Notes under the pieces: generated by a model | Databases searched by the model: none | The model's input: only the letters and a program-made list of their open reading frames with translations | Told to the model about the DNA's origin: nothing | IMG/VR virus record: IMGVR_UViG_3300010299_000003 | Direction: 5' to 3' (one strand) | Source of the DNA: an uncultured virus (IMG/VR IMGVR_UViG_3300010299_000003) | Taxonomy: Duplodnaviria > Heunggongvirae > Uroviricota > Caudoviricetes | Length of the DNA stretch: 20,000 nucleotides | Part shown: positions 1 through 7,560 of the stretch, in pieces | Position numbering within the stretch: position 1 is the first letter of the stretch | Layout: every line of letters starts with the position of its first letter | Position numbers and translations under genes: made by a program

Positions 1-411
1 TTCGCTATCTGCAACATCATGTATTAATGATTGTGAAATCATCTTATACTTTGTATAAAGTTGTTTCTTTTCTTTTTGAATCCTTCTAACAAATGCGTAG
101 TAAATAATTTGAGTGAAATACGCAAAGGGGTTAGAACTTTTATCTGGATTAAAATTATTAAGATATTGTAAACAATTTTCTATGCCGTCACATACCATTT
201 CTTCTCTAAATGGATAATTTACAAAATTCGGTCTGTTAGCTAGTTTATTAGCAATTTTAACTATGCATTCACCTATGTATTCTGAAACTTGTGGTATGGG
301 TTCTTTTGCTTTTTTTGATTTTTTTACTTCTTTTATATGATGCTTCATAGCTTCGAGGAACTCAGCATTGTTCACATAATGTTTATCATCTTTTTTTGGT
401 TTTTTGTTCAT
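1..411 (-). CDS. gp55: T4 gp55-like sigma factor for late transcription (runs off the left edge)
   Basis: Manual translation from ATG at 411: MNKKPKKDDKHYVNNAEFLEAM...PQVSEYIGECIVKIANKLANRPNFVNYPFREEMVCDGIENCLQYLNNFNPDKSSNPFAYFTQIIYYAFVRRIQKEKKQ. HYVNN, RPNFxNY and NPFAYFTQI are gp55 hallmarks. Not in the ORF track. Confidence 0.96.
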   Translation of the reverse strand, partial: MNKKPKKDDKHYVNNAEFLEAMKHHIKEVKKSKKAKEPIPQVSEYIGECIVKIANKLANRPNFVNYPFREEMVCDGIENCLQYLNNFNPDKSSNPFAYFTQIIYYAFVRRIQKEKKQLYTKYKMISQSLIHDVADSE

Positions 412-417
412 ATTTAA

Positions 418-446
418 ATAGTATCATCGTATTAAAATTAATACAA
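418..446 (-). promoter_or_regulatory. sigma70-type (early) promoter for gp55
   Basis: Minus strand TTGTAT (446-441), 17-nt spacer ending TGA, then TACTAT (423-418), i.e. an extended -10. The ATG follows 6 nt later. Confidence 0.7.
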
Positions 447-628
447 GAAAATATATGATTTATTATCAATAAATGAAATAAAACTATTTGAAAATGGGAA
501 TACTAAAAATTTTTAATAAAAGAAATGAAGTCCATTATTATTAATATTAAAAAAATAATAAAGTTTTATTCAAACCTGCACACAGGTATATAGTAATCCA
601 AGTTTAAAAAAAACAGTTAATCCAGAAA

Positions 629-692
629 TATTGAAAAAAAAGATCTAAAATCGAAAATAATATTGAAAAAAAAGATCTAAAATCGAAAATAA
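629..692. repeat. perfect 32-bp tandem duplication (2 copies) in AT-rich intergenic region
   Basis: TATTGAAAAAAAAGATCTAAAATCGAAAATAA at 629-660 and 661-692. Confidence 0.95.
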
Positions 693-741
693 ACGACTTT
701 TTTTGAGTAGTCTAAGGGTAGAATCAAACTAGTTAATTCTA

Positions 742-785
742 TTTATTTTAGGTAGTATAAGCTATTAAAAATACTATAAAATAAA
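742..785. other. AT-rich stem-loop just downstream of the 793..1236 gene
   Basis: TTTATTTTA-(GG)-TAGTAT (742-758) pairs with ATACTA-TAAAATAAA (771-785). Confidence 0.5.
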
Positions 786-792
786 AATGGAA

Positions 793-1236
793 TTATTGAA
801 GATCATCATCACTGAAATCGGTTTTTCGCAAAAGCTCATTTAGCTTATCTGATATATCATTTTTTTCAGATTTAGTTGAACTTAGCTCTAAATCATTTGC
901 TTCATCACCTTCAGCTTCAGACATCATTAAATGTCTAGCTAATATTAGTTCACAGTAATGTTCTTCTAGCTTTTTAGTTGGATTGCCTAAAGTTAGTATG
1001 TTGCTTTTATCAATAGGTAGTGTTTCATCACCGATTGATGGCGCCCAATCAGAAAGATATAACGCATGAACCTTGTGCTCTTTACTATATTCACTTGTTA
1101 TTTTAAGTGGTGATGAAATAAAAATTAAATTGTCTGTAGTATATCCATCATTAGTATCATCCAATTCTGTACCATCTTGAATGATTCCTATTACTTCTTC
1201 GTCAGTTATTAGTTTTATTACTTTTAATTGTCCCAT
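793..1236 (-). CDS. conserved T4-like hypothetical protein, probable Sm/LSm-like fold with acidic tail
   Basis: N-terminal 'KVIKLITDEEVIG' resembles the KLxxGEExI motif of small Sm-like proteins between uvsW and gp55 in T4-like phages. AGGAG at 1246-1250 and late-promoter variant at 1279-1286. Confidence 0.6.
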   Translation of the reverse strand: MGQLKVIKLITDEEVIGIIQDGTELDDTNDGYTTDNLIFISSPLKITSEYSKEHKVHALYLSDWAPSIGDETLPIDKSNILTLGNPTKKLEEHYCELILARHLMMSEAEGDEANDLELSSTKSEKNDISDKLNELLRKTDFSDDDLQ

Positions 1237-1278
1237 GAAACTAAACTCCTATGTGCATCATGCGTTTAACCATATTTT

Positions 1279-1286
1279 TATTTATG
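1279..1286 (-). promoter_or_regulatory. T4-type late promoter variant (CATAAATA)
   Basis: Plus strand TATTTATG overlapping the uvsW stop, ~43 nt upstream of the next ATG. Confidence 0.6.
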
Positions 1287-2760
1287 AAAATAAATTTACC
1301 TTAAATAATTTGTACTTGAACTTCTCTTCGTCATATATTTTAACTCTTTCTAGAAAATGTTTAACTGCAAAATTTTTATGCGATTTGTCAGTCATATCAT
1401 CTACTATATCATATAGTTTTGCTTTATTTGAGTTGTCTCCAATTCTTAATGTTCTTCCTATTGATTGTAGAGTTTTTATTCTTGATTTTGTTGGAGATGC
1501 AAATATAATATTCTCTAAATTTTTAATATTAATTCCTGTACTAAAAACTCCACTCGATGCAACTATGATAGCATTTTTTTCCTTTTCTGTTATACTTCGT
1601 ACTTCTTCTCTAGATTCAGCATCTGTTTCACCCGATACAAAAAATACTTTTCTCTTTGGATCTGTTTTATCAACTTTTTCTTTTATTAATTCGTATAAAA
1701 TTTTTCCATGCTTTTCTACAAATTGAAATATCACTAAACAATTTGATTCCGTTTTTATTGCTAAATTTTTTATGAAATTATTTCTTCTTTCATTTTGTAT
1801 TAGAAATTTCATTTCATCTTGATATGAATCTTTTTTATGAAGTTTAATAACATTTTTGTCATATTTTAATACAATACAGTCTATACTTAATTCAGCTAAA
1901 TGTTTTTTATCCATCAACTCTTTTGTGCTAGTAACTGAAAACTTTGTACCGAAAAGTCCCTCTAAAACTAACTTATTCACTTGAGTTCCATCTAGTGTTC
2001 CAGTTGTTCCAAAACGATATTTTGTTTTATCCAACTTTTCCATTATGCTAGTTAATGATTTTGCTTTAAATAGGTGAACTTCATCTCCTATTACAACATC
2101 AAACTGCTCAAACCATTTTCTAGATAATTTATAAATTGACTGCCATGTAGATATTACAACATTACTATCTGTTATTTTTTCTTTTCCACTATAAATTGGA
2201 TGACAAACTTTATCTACATGGTATTGTGGCTGATTCTTTGCATACTCTTTAAAGTCAGAAAACATTTGAGACACAAGAGATATTGTAGGTACAATAATTA
2301 ATGTTTTTTTGTTGTAATATCTTGTCAAAGAGTATATTATTAAACTTTTGCCAGAACCAGTGGGAGATACTAATAATGACCTATTATTTTTTATTGCATT
2401 ATGTATTGCTTTTATTTGATATTCTCTTGCTTCAAATGGTAGTTCTAATGTCTTTAAAAAATCTTCACAATCTTTTTCTGAAAAAGAATTTTTTTCCAAA
2501 AGCTGTGGTTCTATTTCTAAATGGTATTGTCTCGATTCGCAGAATTTTTGTATATATGGTAAAAGACCATAATATATATGACCATTCATCATATTATATA
2601 AACGCACGAAGCCATCCCATATTCTCATTTTATATGCTGGCATGAATTGATAGCCCGGCACTTTAAACTTAAAGAAGTCGGAAAGTTCTCTATGTATTGA
2701 TGAAGATGTATCTACACTGATATAAACTTCATTATGTTTTTTTACAACAATTTTTTCCAT
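1282..2760 (-). CDS. uvsW: UvsW SF2 DNA helicase
   Basis: N-terminal FKVPGYQFMPAY...WDG motif, Q-motif REYQ, Walker A SPTGSGKS, DEVH box, motif VI QSIGRTLR. Follows uvsY. ATG at 2760 preferred over TTG at 2766 (GTGGA 9 nt upstream). Confidence 0.96.
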   Translation of the reverse strand: MEKIVVKKHNEVYISVDTSSSIHRELSDFFKFKVPGYQFMPAYKMRIWDGFVRLYNMMNGHIYYGLLPYIQKFCESRQYHLEIEPQLLEKNSFSEKDCEDFLKTLELPFEAREYQIKAIHNAIKNNRSLLVSPTGSGKSLIIYSLTRYYNKKTLIIVPTISLVSQMFSDFKEYAKNQPQYHVDKVCHPIYSGKEKITDSNVVISTWQSIYKLSRKWFEQFDVVIGDEVHLFKAKSLTSIMEKLDKTKYRFGTTGTLDGTQVNKLVLEGLFGTKFSVTSTKELMDKKHLAELSIDCIVLKYDKNVIKLHKKDSYQDEMKFLIQNERRNNFIKNLAIKTESNCLVIFQFVEKHGKILYELIKEKVDKTDPKRKVFFVSGETDAESREEVRSITEKEKNAIIVASSGVFSTGINIKNLENIIFASPTKSRIKTLQSIGRTLRIGDNSNKAKLYDIVDDMTDKSHKNFAVKHFLERVKIYDEEKFKYKLFKVNLFS

Positions 2761-2764
2761 TAAC

Positions 2765-2807
2765 AAATATCCACTTATGGAATGTGTTCATATTGTGGAT
2801 ATTTATA
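2765..2807 (-). promoter_or_regulatory. late promoter TATAAATA (2807-2800) overlapping an RBS-sequestering hairpin
   Basis: Perfect 10-bp inverted repeat AAATATCCAC (2765-2774) / GTGGATATTT (2795-2804). Consensus late promoter overlaps the upstream arm. Confidence 0.85.
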
Positions 2808-2839
2808 TTGATAAAAATAGTAGTTTTTGGATGAACTAA

Positions 2840-3271
2840 CTAGTTACCACTAGTAAATTTAATGAAGTCTACAGCATTTTTTATTAAGAAGCCACGAGTA
2901 TTTAATGTTTTTATTATACTTTCTAATAAATCTACTTTTTCTCTTTGAACTTGTAGCTTCAATAATCTATCTGAAATATCTGCATCGGAATCTATATACA
3001 CTTGAAGATCATTTTTTAAAAGAAATTGAAATGGTTCCCATCCATGTTCTTGTAGTTCTTCTTGTGACATTTTTCCAGTATAATATTCATATTTTACTTT
3101 ATAGTATTGCTTATACTCTTGCTCTTCAGATTTTAACTGAACCTTTTCTCTTAAATATATTTTATAATATTTGCTATGTAAATTTGGTATTTTTAGACTT
3201 TCGTTATCTAAATCAGTTCTATCTATTTTTGAATCTTGCTCCCAGAGAGCTTCAATTTCTTCTAATTTCAT
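2840..3271 (-). CDS. uvsY: UvsY recombination mediator
   Basis: W..DSKID...LDNESLKIPNLHSKY, KYEYYTGK, and C-terminal RGFLIKNAVDF.KF.SG motifs. Directly upstream of uvsW. Confidence 0.95.
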   Translation of the reverse strand: MKLEEIEALWEQDSKIDRTDLDNESLKIPNLHSKYYKIYLREKVQLKSEEQEYKQYYKVKYEYYTGKMSQEELQEHGWEPFQFLLKNDLQVYIDSDADISDRLLKLQVQREKVDLLESIIKTLNTRGFLIKNAVDFIKFTSGN

Positions 3272-3273
3272 AA

Positions 3274-3528
3274 TTAAACCACTTGATATGCATACCAGCT
3301 ACTAAAGCTAGTTCCATTTAACGCATAATCATCATACAACAAATCTTCATGTCTTGTAAACTTATTAATATAATTAACTGTTAGTATTCCTATATATGAA
3401 CTGTATAATTCTTGTGGAATATTTTCTACAACTTCAGCAAATAAAATCTCATTAGTATATGGAAATGTGATCATTAAATGATCACCCTTTTTAAGTTTAA
3501 ACACCCAATCTGGTATATCGTTAATCAT
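3274..3528 (-). CDS. hypothetical protein (84 aa), possible SH3/KOW-like beta-barrel
   Basis: Fills the gap between neighbours. ATG at 3528 overlaps the upstream stop (ATGATTAA) and is more plausible than 3552. LKKGDHLMI...AEVVE pattern. Confidence 0.55.
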   Translation of the reverse strand: MINDIPDWVFKLKKGDHLMITFPYTNEILFAEVVENIPQELYSSYIGILTVNYINKFTRHEDLLYDDYALNGTSFSSWYAYQVV

Positions 3529-3877
3529 CTTTTTTATTTGAATTTTGTGCAATCCATTCTAAAAAGTTTGGGTTATCTTTAAATACGGTATGTAATCCAT
3601 TTGCTAATTTTCTCACAACACTTTCTTCATCTTTCATATTTTTAAATGGTATATCATACATATATACAATGCCATGTATTACTTCATGTAGTATTGTATT
3701 AACTAATTCATCTTTTTTCAAGTTATTATTGTATTGTATTTTAGCATTTTCTGGCTCACACATTCCATATGCTTTATTTCTAATGCCCCAATGTTTGGAT
3801 CTTGGTATTATTTTAAAATTTGAATAACCTATTTTTATTCTTTTTGGTATTTTTCTTGTTACTTTATTCTTTGACAT
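3521..3877 (-). CDS. small HEXXH zinc metallopeptidase (ImmA/IrrE-like minimal zincin)
   Basis: YG.C....KI.....L...E..NTILHEVIHG followed by EE..V..LA. AGGAG Shine-Dalgarno upstream of the ATG. Confidence 0.8.
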   Translation of the reverse strand: MSKNKVTRKIPKRIKIGYSNFKIIPRSKHWGIRNKAYGMCEPENAKIQYNNNLKKDELVNTILHEVIHGIVYMYDIPFKNMKDEESVVRKLANGLHTVFKDNPNFLEWIAQNSNKKDD

Positions 3878-3890
3878 TTACAATCTCCTA

Positions 3891-4448
3891 TTATAGTTTT
3901 TCAACTGTATAGTAATCATATTTAAAAGTTACTGATGCTGTAGCATATAAAACGTCGCTCTCTCTAGTGTCAAAAGATAGCTCACCTAAAGATATTGGGT
4001 GCATATCTATAAAAGAAATTTTTAATACAGGCTCATTTTGACTTGAGTTTATTATTAATGTTCCTTGACCATAAATTAAACCATGAGTTCTTTGTGGTAT
4101 TACTTTTAATGGAAGATCTCCATTTAAATCTGGTATTGTTCCACTTTTTAATTTTCCATATTGATCTATATTTTCTGGAAAACCTATGCCCTGCATCCAA
4201 GAAAATATTTCATACCAGTTATACATACCCTCATTAACTTTAAAATCTATAGAAAGATCACCAAATCCAAGATGATCTCCAGTATAAGCAATTTGTGAAA
4301 ATGGTGTAGCACCACCATTATTTGCAAGCCCTATACTTAAATCAGGAACATTTATTTTTTGTACAAAATAATTAAAGTCAGTTAGTTTGTCTACTGCAAA
4401 CTCAAAATTTAATGGTGGTTGAAAATTTCTGGTATCTACTGTTGCCAT
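3891..4448 (-). CDS. gp3: tail completion / tube terminator protein (gp3-like)
   Basis: F.F.......YFVQ.INVP.LSIG, GD.L.FG.L.IDF.V.E...NW.EI..W, P.SLG.L.FD, A.VTFKY motifs. Lies between gp23 and uvsY as in cyanophage-type T4-likes. Confidence 0.88.
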   Translation of the reverse strand: MATVDTRNFQPPLNFEFAVDKLTDFNYFVQKINVPDLSIGLANNGGATPFSQIAYTGDHLGFGDLSIDFKVNEGMYNWYEIFSWMQGIGFPENIDQYGKLKSGTIPDLNGDLPLKVIPQRTHGLIYGQGTLIINSSQNEPVLKISFIDMHPISLGELSFDTRESDVLYATASVTFKYDYYTVEKL

Positions 4449-4481
4449 TTGATTTATTATGTGATATTATTATAGTGCATA

Positions 4482-4516
4482 TATTTATGATATACACATA
4501 ATACAAACTCTGTCAA
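4482..4516 (-). promoter_or_regulatory. overlapping sigma70-type promoter and late promoter upstream of gp3
   Basis: Minus strand TTGACA (4516-4511), 18 nt, TATCAT (4492-4487). Late variant CATAAATA at 4489-4482. Confidence 0.65.
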
Positions 4517-4573
4517 GAAAAATATATTTTATAAAAAAAGATAATAATAAAAATAACTTACAATTTTAACTAT

Positions 4574-4605
4574 AAAAAAAGGGAACCATAAAGGCTCCCT
4601 TTTTT
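4574..4605 (-). terminator. intrinsic terminator after gp23 (possibly bidirectional)
   Basis: Minus strand GGGAGCC-TTTAT-GGTTCCC-TTTTTTT, with an A-run on the other side. Confidence 0.9.
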
Positions 4606-4631
4606 ATTTGATATATTATACTACTTCAGAA

Positions 4632-5927
4632 TTAGAGTAAGTTAGTAATCTTAACCTTTCTGTAGTAGTTATTAGCACCATCTTTCAGACCAGCACCTTG
4701 AGTAACAGATGCAGTCGAGAATGGATTTGCTACTAGACCATAACGAGTCTTAAATCCAATTTTTGGTTGGAAAGAATCTTGGTCAGTTGCACGAACCATT
4801 TGTAGAGGTACATAAGGACAGTAGAATAGTCCAGCATCATATTGATTTGCACCCTTGAAGCCTAAAACCATAAAGTGGCTTCCAAGTGGAGCAAATGGAT
4901 CGATGTAAACTTTGAAACGTCCATTTAATACACCAACAAAAGTGTTTCCAGTATCATCTACTGAGAGAGAGTCTTTGAGAGCAGAACCACAATCAAGAAG
5001 TCCAGCTACACTCAAAGCACTTGCCGTATCACTATCGCAGATGAGAATGTTTCCACGTCCTCTACGAGTAGTCTTAGCAATCGCATTTGCTTCTCTTTCA
5101 ATTTGAACCATCAACCCCTTGTACTTTTCAACAGACCAACGACCGTTTGAATCAACGTCTAGGTCAAAAGTTCCAGGAGTAGCAGTTGTCGTAGCACCTG
5201 TAACAGCACTTTGATAGATGGTACGAACTACTTCACGATTGATTTCTGCTAAAATTTCAGCAGAAAGAATGTTTGCTAGTTCAGTTTCTGCATCAAGACC
5301 ATGAACAGCTTTAAGGTCTTGTGCTAGTTCCATTGAGTATTCAGCTTTCAAAGCACGAGTCTTAGCTTCTACAGAAACCTTCTCGATACTGAATGCCATT
5401 TCTTGAAATACTCCACCAGCAGGAGCTGAAGTTGTCCCCAATGCTTCTCCAGCAGTTGTTCCCAATCCAGTACCTGAACTTAAAGCCGCATCAAATGGAT
5501 CAGCACCACCAGCATGTGATCCTGTACCAGAATGAGATGTAAGAGCTTCGTCGTGTAGTGCTTCAGTTCCTCCTTGAGTCGAATACTTACTCTTCATAGC
5601 AAATATGAGTCCAGTTGGAGCTTTCATAGGTTGAACTCCACAAACATCAAACGCCATCAAATTTGGTAGCGCACGACGAAGTAGAGAAATCAAAACTGGA
5701 TCATAACCAGCCATATTTGCATTAGTATGACTTGTGCTAGGTGTTGCTAGACCAGAGTTTGCTGGAGCAGCCTCAGTAATCGTCATACTAGATTTCTTTG
5801 CTTCATTTACTTGATTTTCAAGAAGAACAGTTAATACTGCCCTTTTGTGTGCATCACGAACTTCTGGTAAATCAGGATGATTTAACACCTTTTCCCATTT
5901 GTTTTGTAGTTCTTCAGTAAGGTACAT
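4632..5927 (-). CDS. gp23: major capsid protein
   Basis: DPVLISL.RRA.PNLMAFDVCGVQPM..PTGLIFAM, EMAFSIEK..V.AK.RALKAEY.MELAQDLKAVHGLDAE.ELANILS.EI..EINRE, FYCPYVPL, FQPKIGFKTRYG. Confidence 0.99.
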   Translation of the reverse strand: MYLTEELQNKWEKVLNHPDLPEVRDAHKRAVLTVLLENQVNEAKKSSMTITEAAPANSGLATPSTSHTNANMAGYDPVLISLLRRALPNLMAFDVCGVQPMKAPTGLIFAMKSKYSTQGGTEALHDEALTSHSGTGSHAGGADPFDAALSSGTGLGTTAGEALGTTSAPAGGVFQEMAFSIEKVSVEAKTRALKAEYSMELAQDLKAVHGLDAETELANILSAEILAEINREVVRTIYQSAVTGATTTATPGTFDLDVDSNGRWSVEKYKGLMVQIEREANAIAKTTRRGRGNILICDSDTASALSVAGLLDCGSALKDSLSVDDTGNTFVGVLNGRFKVYIDPFAPLGSHFMVLGFKGANQYDAGLFYCPYVPLQMVRATDQDSFQPKIGFKTRYGLVANPFSTASVTQGAGLKDGANNYYRKVKITNLL

Positions 5928-5975
5928 CTTTTATTCTCCTTTATTATAGTTTTGAAACCATTCTTCTCTAAGACA

Positions 5976-5983
5976 TATTTATT
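5976..5983 (-). promoter_or_regulatory. late promoter variant (AATAAATA) for gp23
   Basis: Plus strand TATTTATT. AAGGAG Shine-Dalgarno further downstream. Confidence 0.65.
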
Positions 5984-5987
5984 ATTT

Positions 5988-7142
5988 TTATTTTTTCACC
6001 ATTCTAGAAATAGCTTGTGCATATAAATCTACTTCAGTAGTAATTTTCTGAGTATCTTCAACATGTTCCAAACCACCTTCACTCAATAAATCAGCATCAA
6101 TGTCTCTAGAGCCTCTTGTTGGTGTATTAGGAAAATAAGTTTCCTTAATTACAGTTAGCTTTTGACTAAATGATGCACTATCATTAAATGATACCCCTTC
6201 ACAGAGTTCATTAAATTTAGAAGCCTCACTTTCAGTTAAACCTTCAGTGAGTTTCTTGATAATTACAGACTTCTTGAGATTTTTATTTTCTTTACGAAGT
6301 TCTACAGATTTATGCAGTTCATCGTTAAGTTCTTTCTCAAGAGTTTTGATTTTTTCTTCTTGTTCAGCAAGTATATCTACTTTCTCAACAGGAACTTCAA
6401 TATAGTGACTTTCAAAAAGTGTTTTAAGTCCATTGATAAAATCTTCTGTTACCTCTGAACGAAGTGAACTTTCAATAGCCACTGCATTTTCTTTCATCCA
6501 CTCTTCTACAACATAATCTAGGTATCCATCAATTTTGTTTACAAGAGTTTCAGAAACTTGTTGTTTAGTTGATTCTAATTTTCTATTATATGATTCAACT
6601 AACTTTTTATTTTGAGCATCAGATCTTCTTTTAGAAGTTCTTTTTACAGCAGATTCAAATATAGAAGAAACTTTTGTTTTAAAAGATTCTGGCAATTCTT
6701 CATCTTTAGTTAAAGCATCTGTTGCTTCTTTAACTTCTTCTTCAGTTTCTTCTTCTATTTTTTCCTCTTCTTCTTTAGATAACTTTAATTCCTCTTCAGA
6801 AATTTTTTCGTCTTCCTCTTCTTCTACTTCCTCTTCTTCTTTTTTACAGCTAGATTCTTCTACTTCTTCTTCTTCCTCTACTTCTTCTTCCTCTTCTAAA
6901 TTTTTACCTTCTTTAACAACTCCATCACCACCCATTTCATCATTAACCTTAGGGCCGTCAACTTCAGGCTTCGCTACTTTAGAAACTTTTGCAGCCTTTT
7001 CTTCATCATCTGGAATTTCTTCACTTGCATCAGAAGCATGTGTTGGAATGTCAGATTCTAGATTCTCTGCTACTTCCAATTCTTTCTTTTCCATTTCAGC
7101 ACTCTCGCTAATATCTCTCAAAAATCTTGATGTAATTGCCAT
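5988..7142 (-). CDS. gp22: prohead core scaffold protein
   Basis: L.ESFKTK...IFE.AV, KID.YLDYVVEEWM.EN..AIE..LR.E..E.FI.GLK.LF..HYI.VP motifs. Long Glu-rich N-terminal part. Directly upstream of gp23. Confidence 0.95.
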   Translation of the reverse strand: MAITSRFLRDISESAEMEKKELEVAENLESDIPTHASDASEEIPDDEEKAAKVSKVAKPEVDGPKVNDEMGGDGVVKEGKNLEEEEEVEEEEEVEESSCKKEEEEVEEEEDEKISEEELKLSKEEEEKIEEETEEEVKEATDALTKDEELPESFKTKVSSIFESAVKRTSKRRSDAQNKKLVESYNRKLESTKQQVSETLVNKIDGYLDYVVEEWMKENAVAIESSLRSEVTEDFINGLKTLFESHYIEVPVEKVDILAEQEEKIKTLEKELNDELHKSVELRKENKNLKKSVIIKKLTEGLTESEASKFNELCEGVSFNDSASFSQKLTVIKETYFPNTPTRGSRDIDADLLSEGGLEHVEDTQKITTEVDLYAQAISRMVKK

Positions 7143-7190
7143 TTTTAATAATCTCCTGATATTTTTTTATTATATAAAATAAGGCATCTT

Positions 7191-7198
7191 TATTTATA
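7191..7198 (-). promoter_or_regulatory. late promoter TATAAATA for gp22
   Basis: Exact consensus in the intergenic gap. Confidence 0.8.
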
Positions 7199-7203
7199 TA
7201 ATT

Positions 7204-7554
7204 TTAATCTTCTCTTACTCTAACAAATATTTCTTGTTCTATTTTGGATGAATTATCAAATGTAACCAATAGGGTAATTTGATAATCATAGTTATCTTCA
7301 CCACCAACCGCTACCACCCTTACAGATGTTTTGTTTGGATCTAGTATTTCTGGCTCGGTCGATAGTAAAAAACTGTCTACTTGCTCAATATCATTAGGAT
7401 ATTTTCTTCTCCATCTTTTTGCAGATGCTTGAGTTGCTACTATTTCTGTAGCACCTCTAGGTAACACATGAAGTTTACTGAAACTCACATCTATAGGCAA
7501 CACCTCACTTGGTTGTTTTATATGTGTTATTAAATGTGATAATCCAATATTCAT
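7204..7554 (-). CDS. hypothetical virion protein resembling phage fibre-tail adaptor proteins
   Basis: Pattern K.P.E.L...V.F ... V....GG.....Y.IT....F......E.EI.VRV.E recalls small siphophage fibre-adaptor proteins (from memory, not searched). Confidence 0.5.
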   Translation of the reverse strand: MNIGLSHLITHIKQPSEVLPIDVSFSKLHVLPRGATEIVATQASAKRWRRKYPNDIEQVDSFLLSTEPEILDPNKTSVRVVAVGGEDNYDYQITLLVTFDNSSKIEQEIFVRVRED

Positions 7555-7560
7555 ATTTTT

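Noticed and set aside
629..692. 32-bp repeat as a mini-CRISPR array
   Set aside because: The copies are directly adjacent with no spacer, and no cas genes are in the window.
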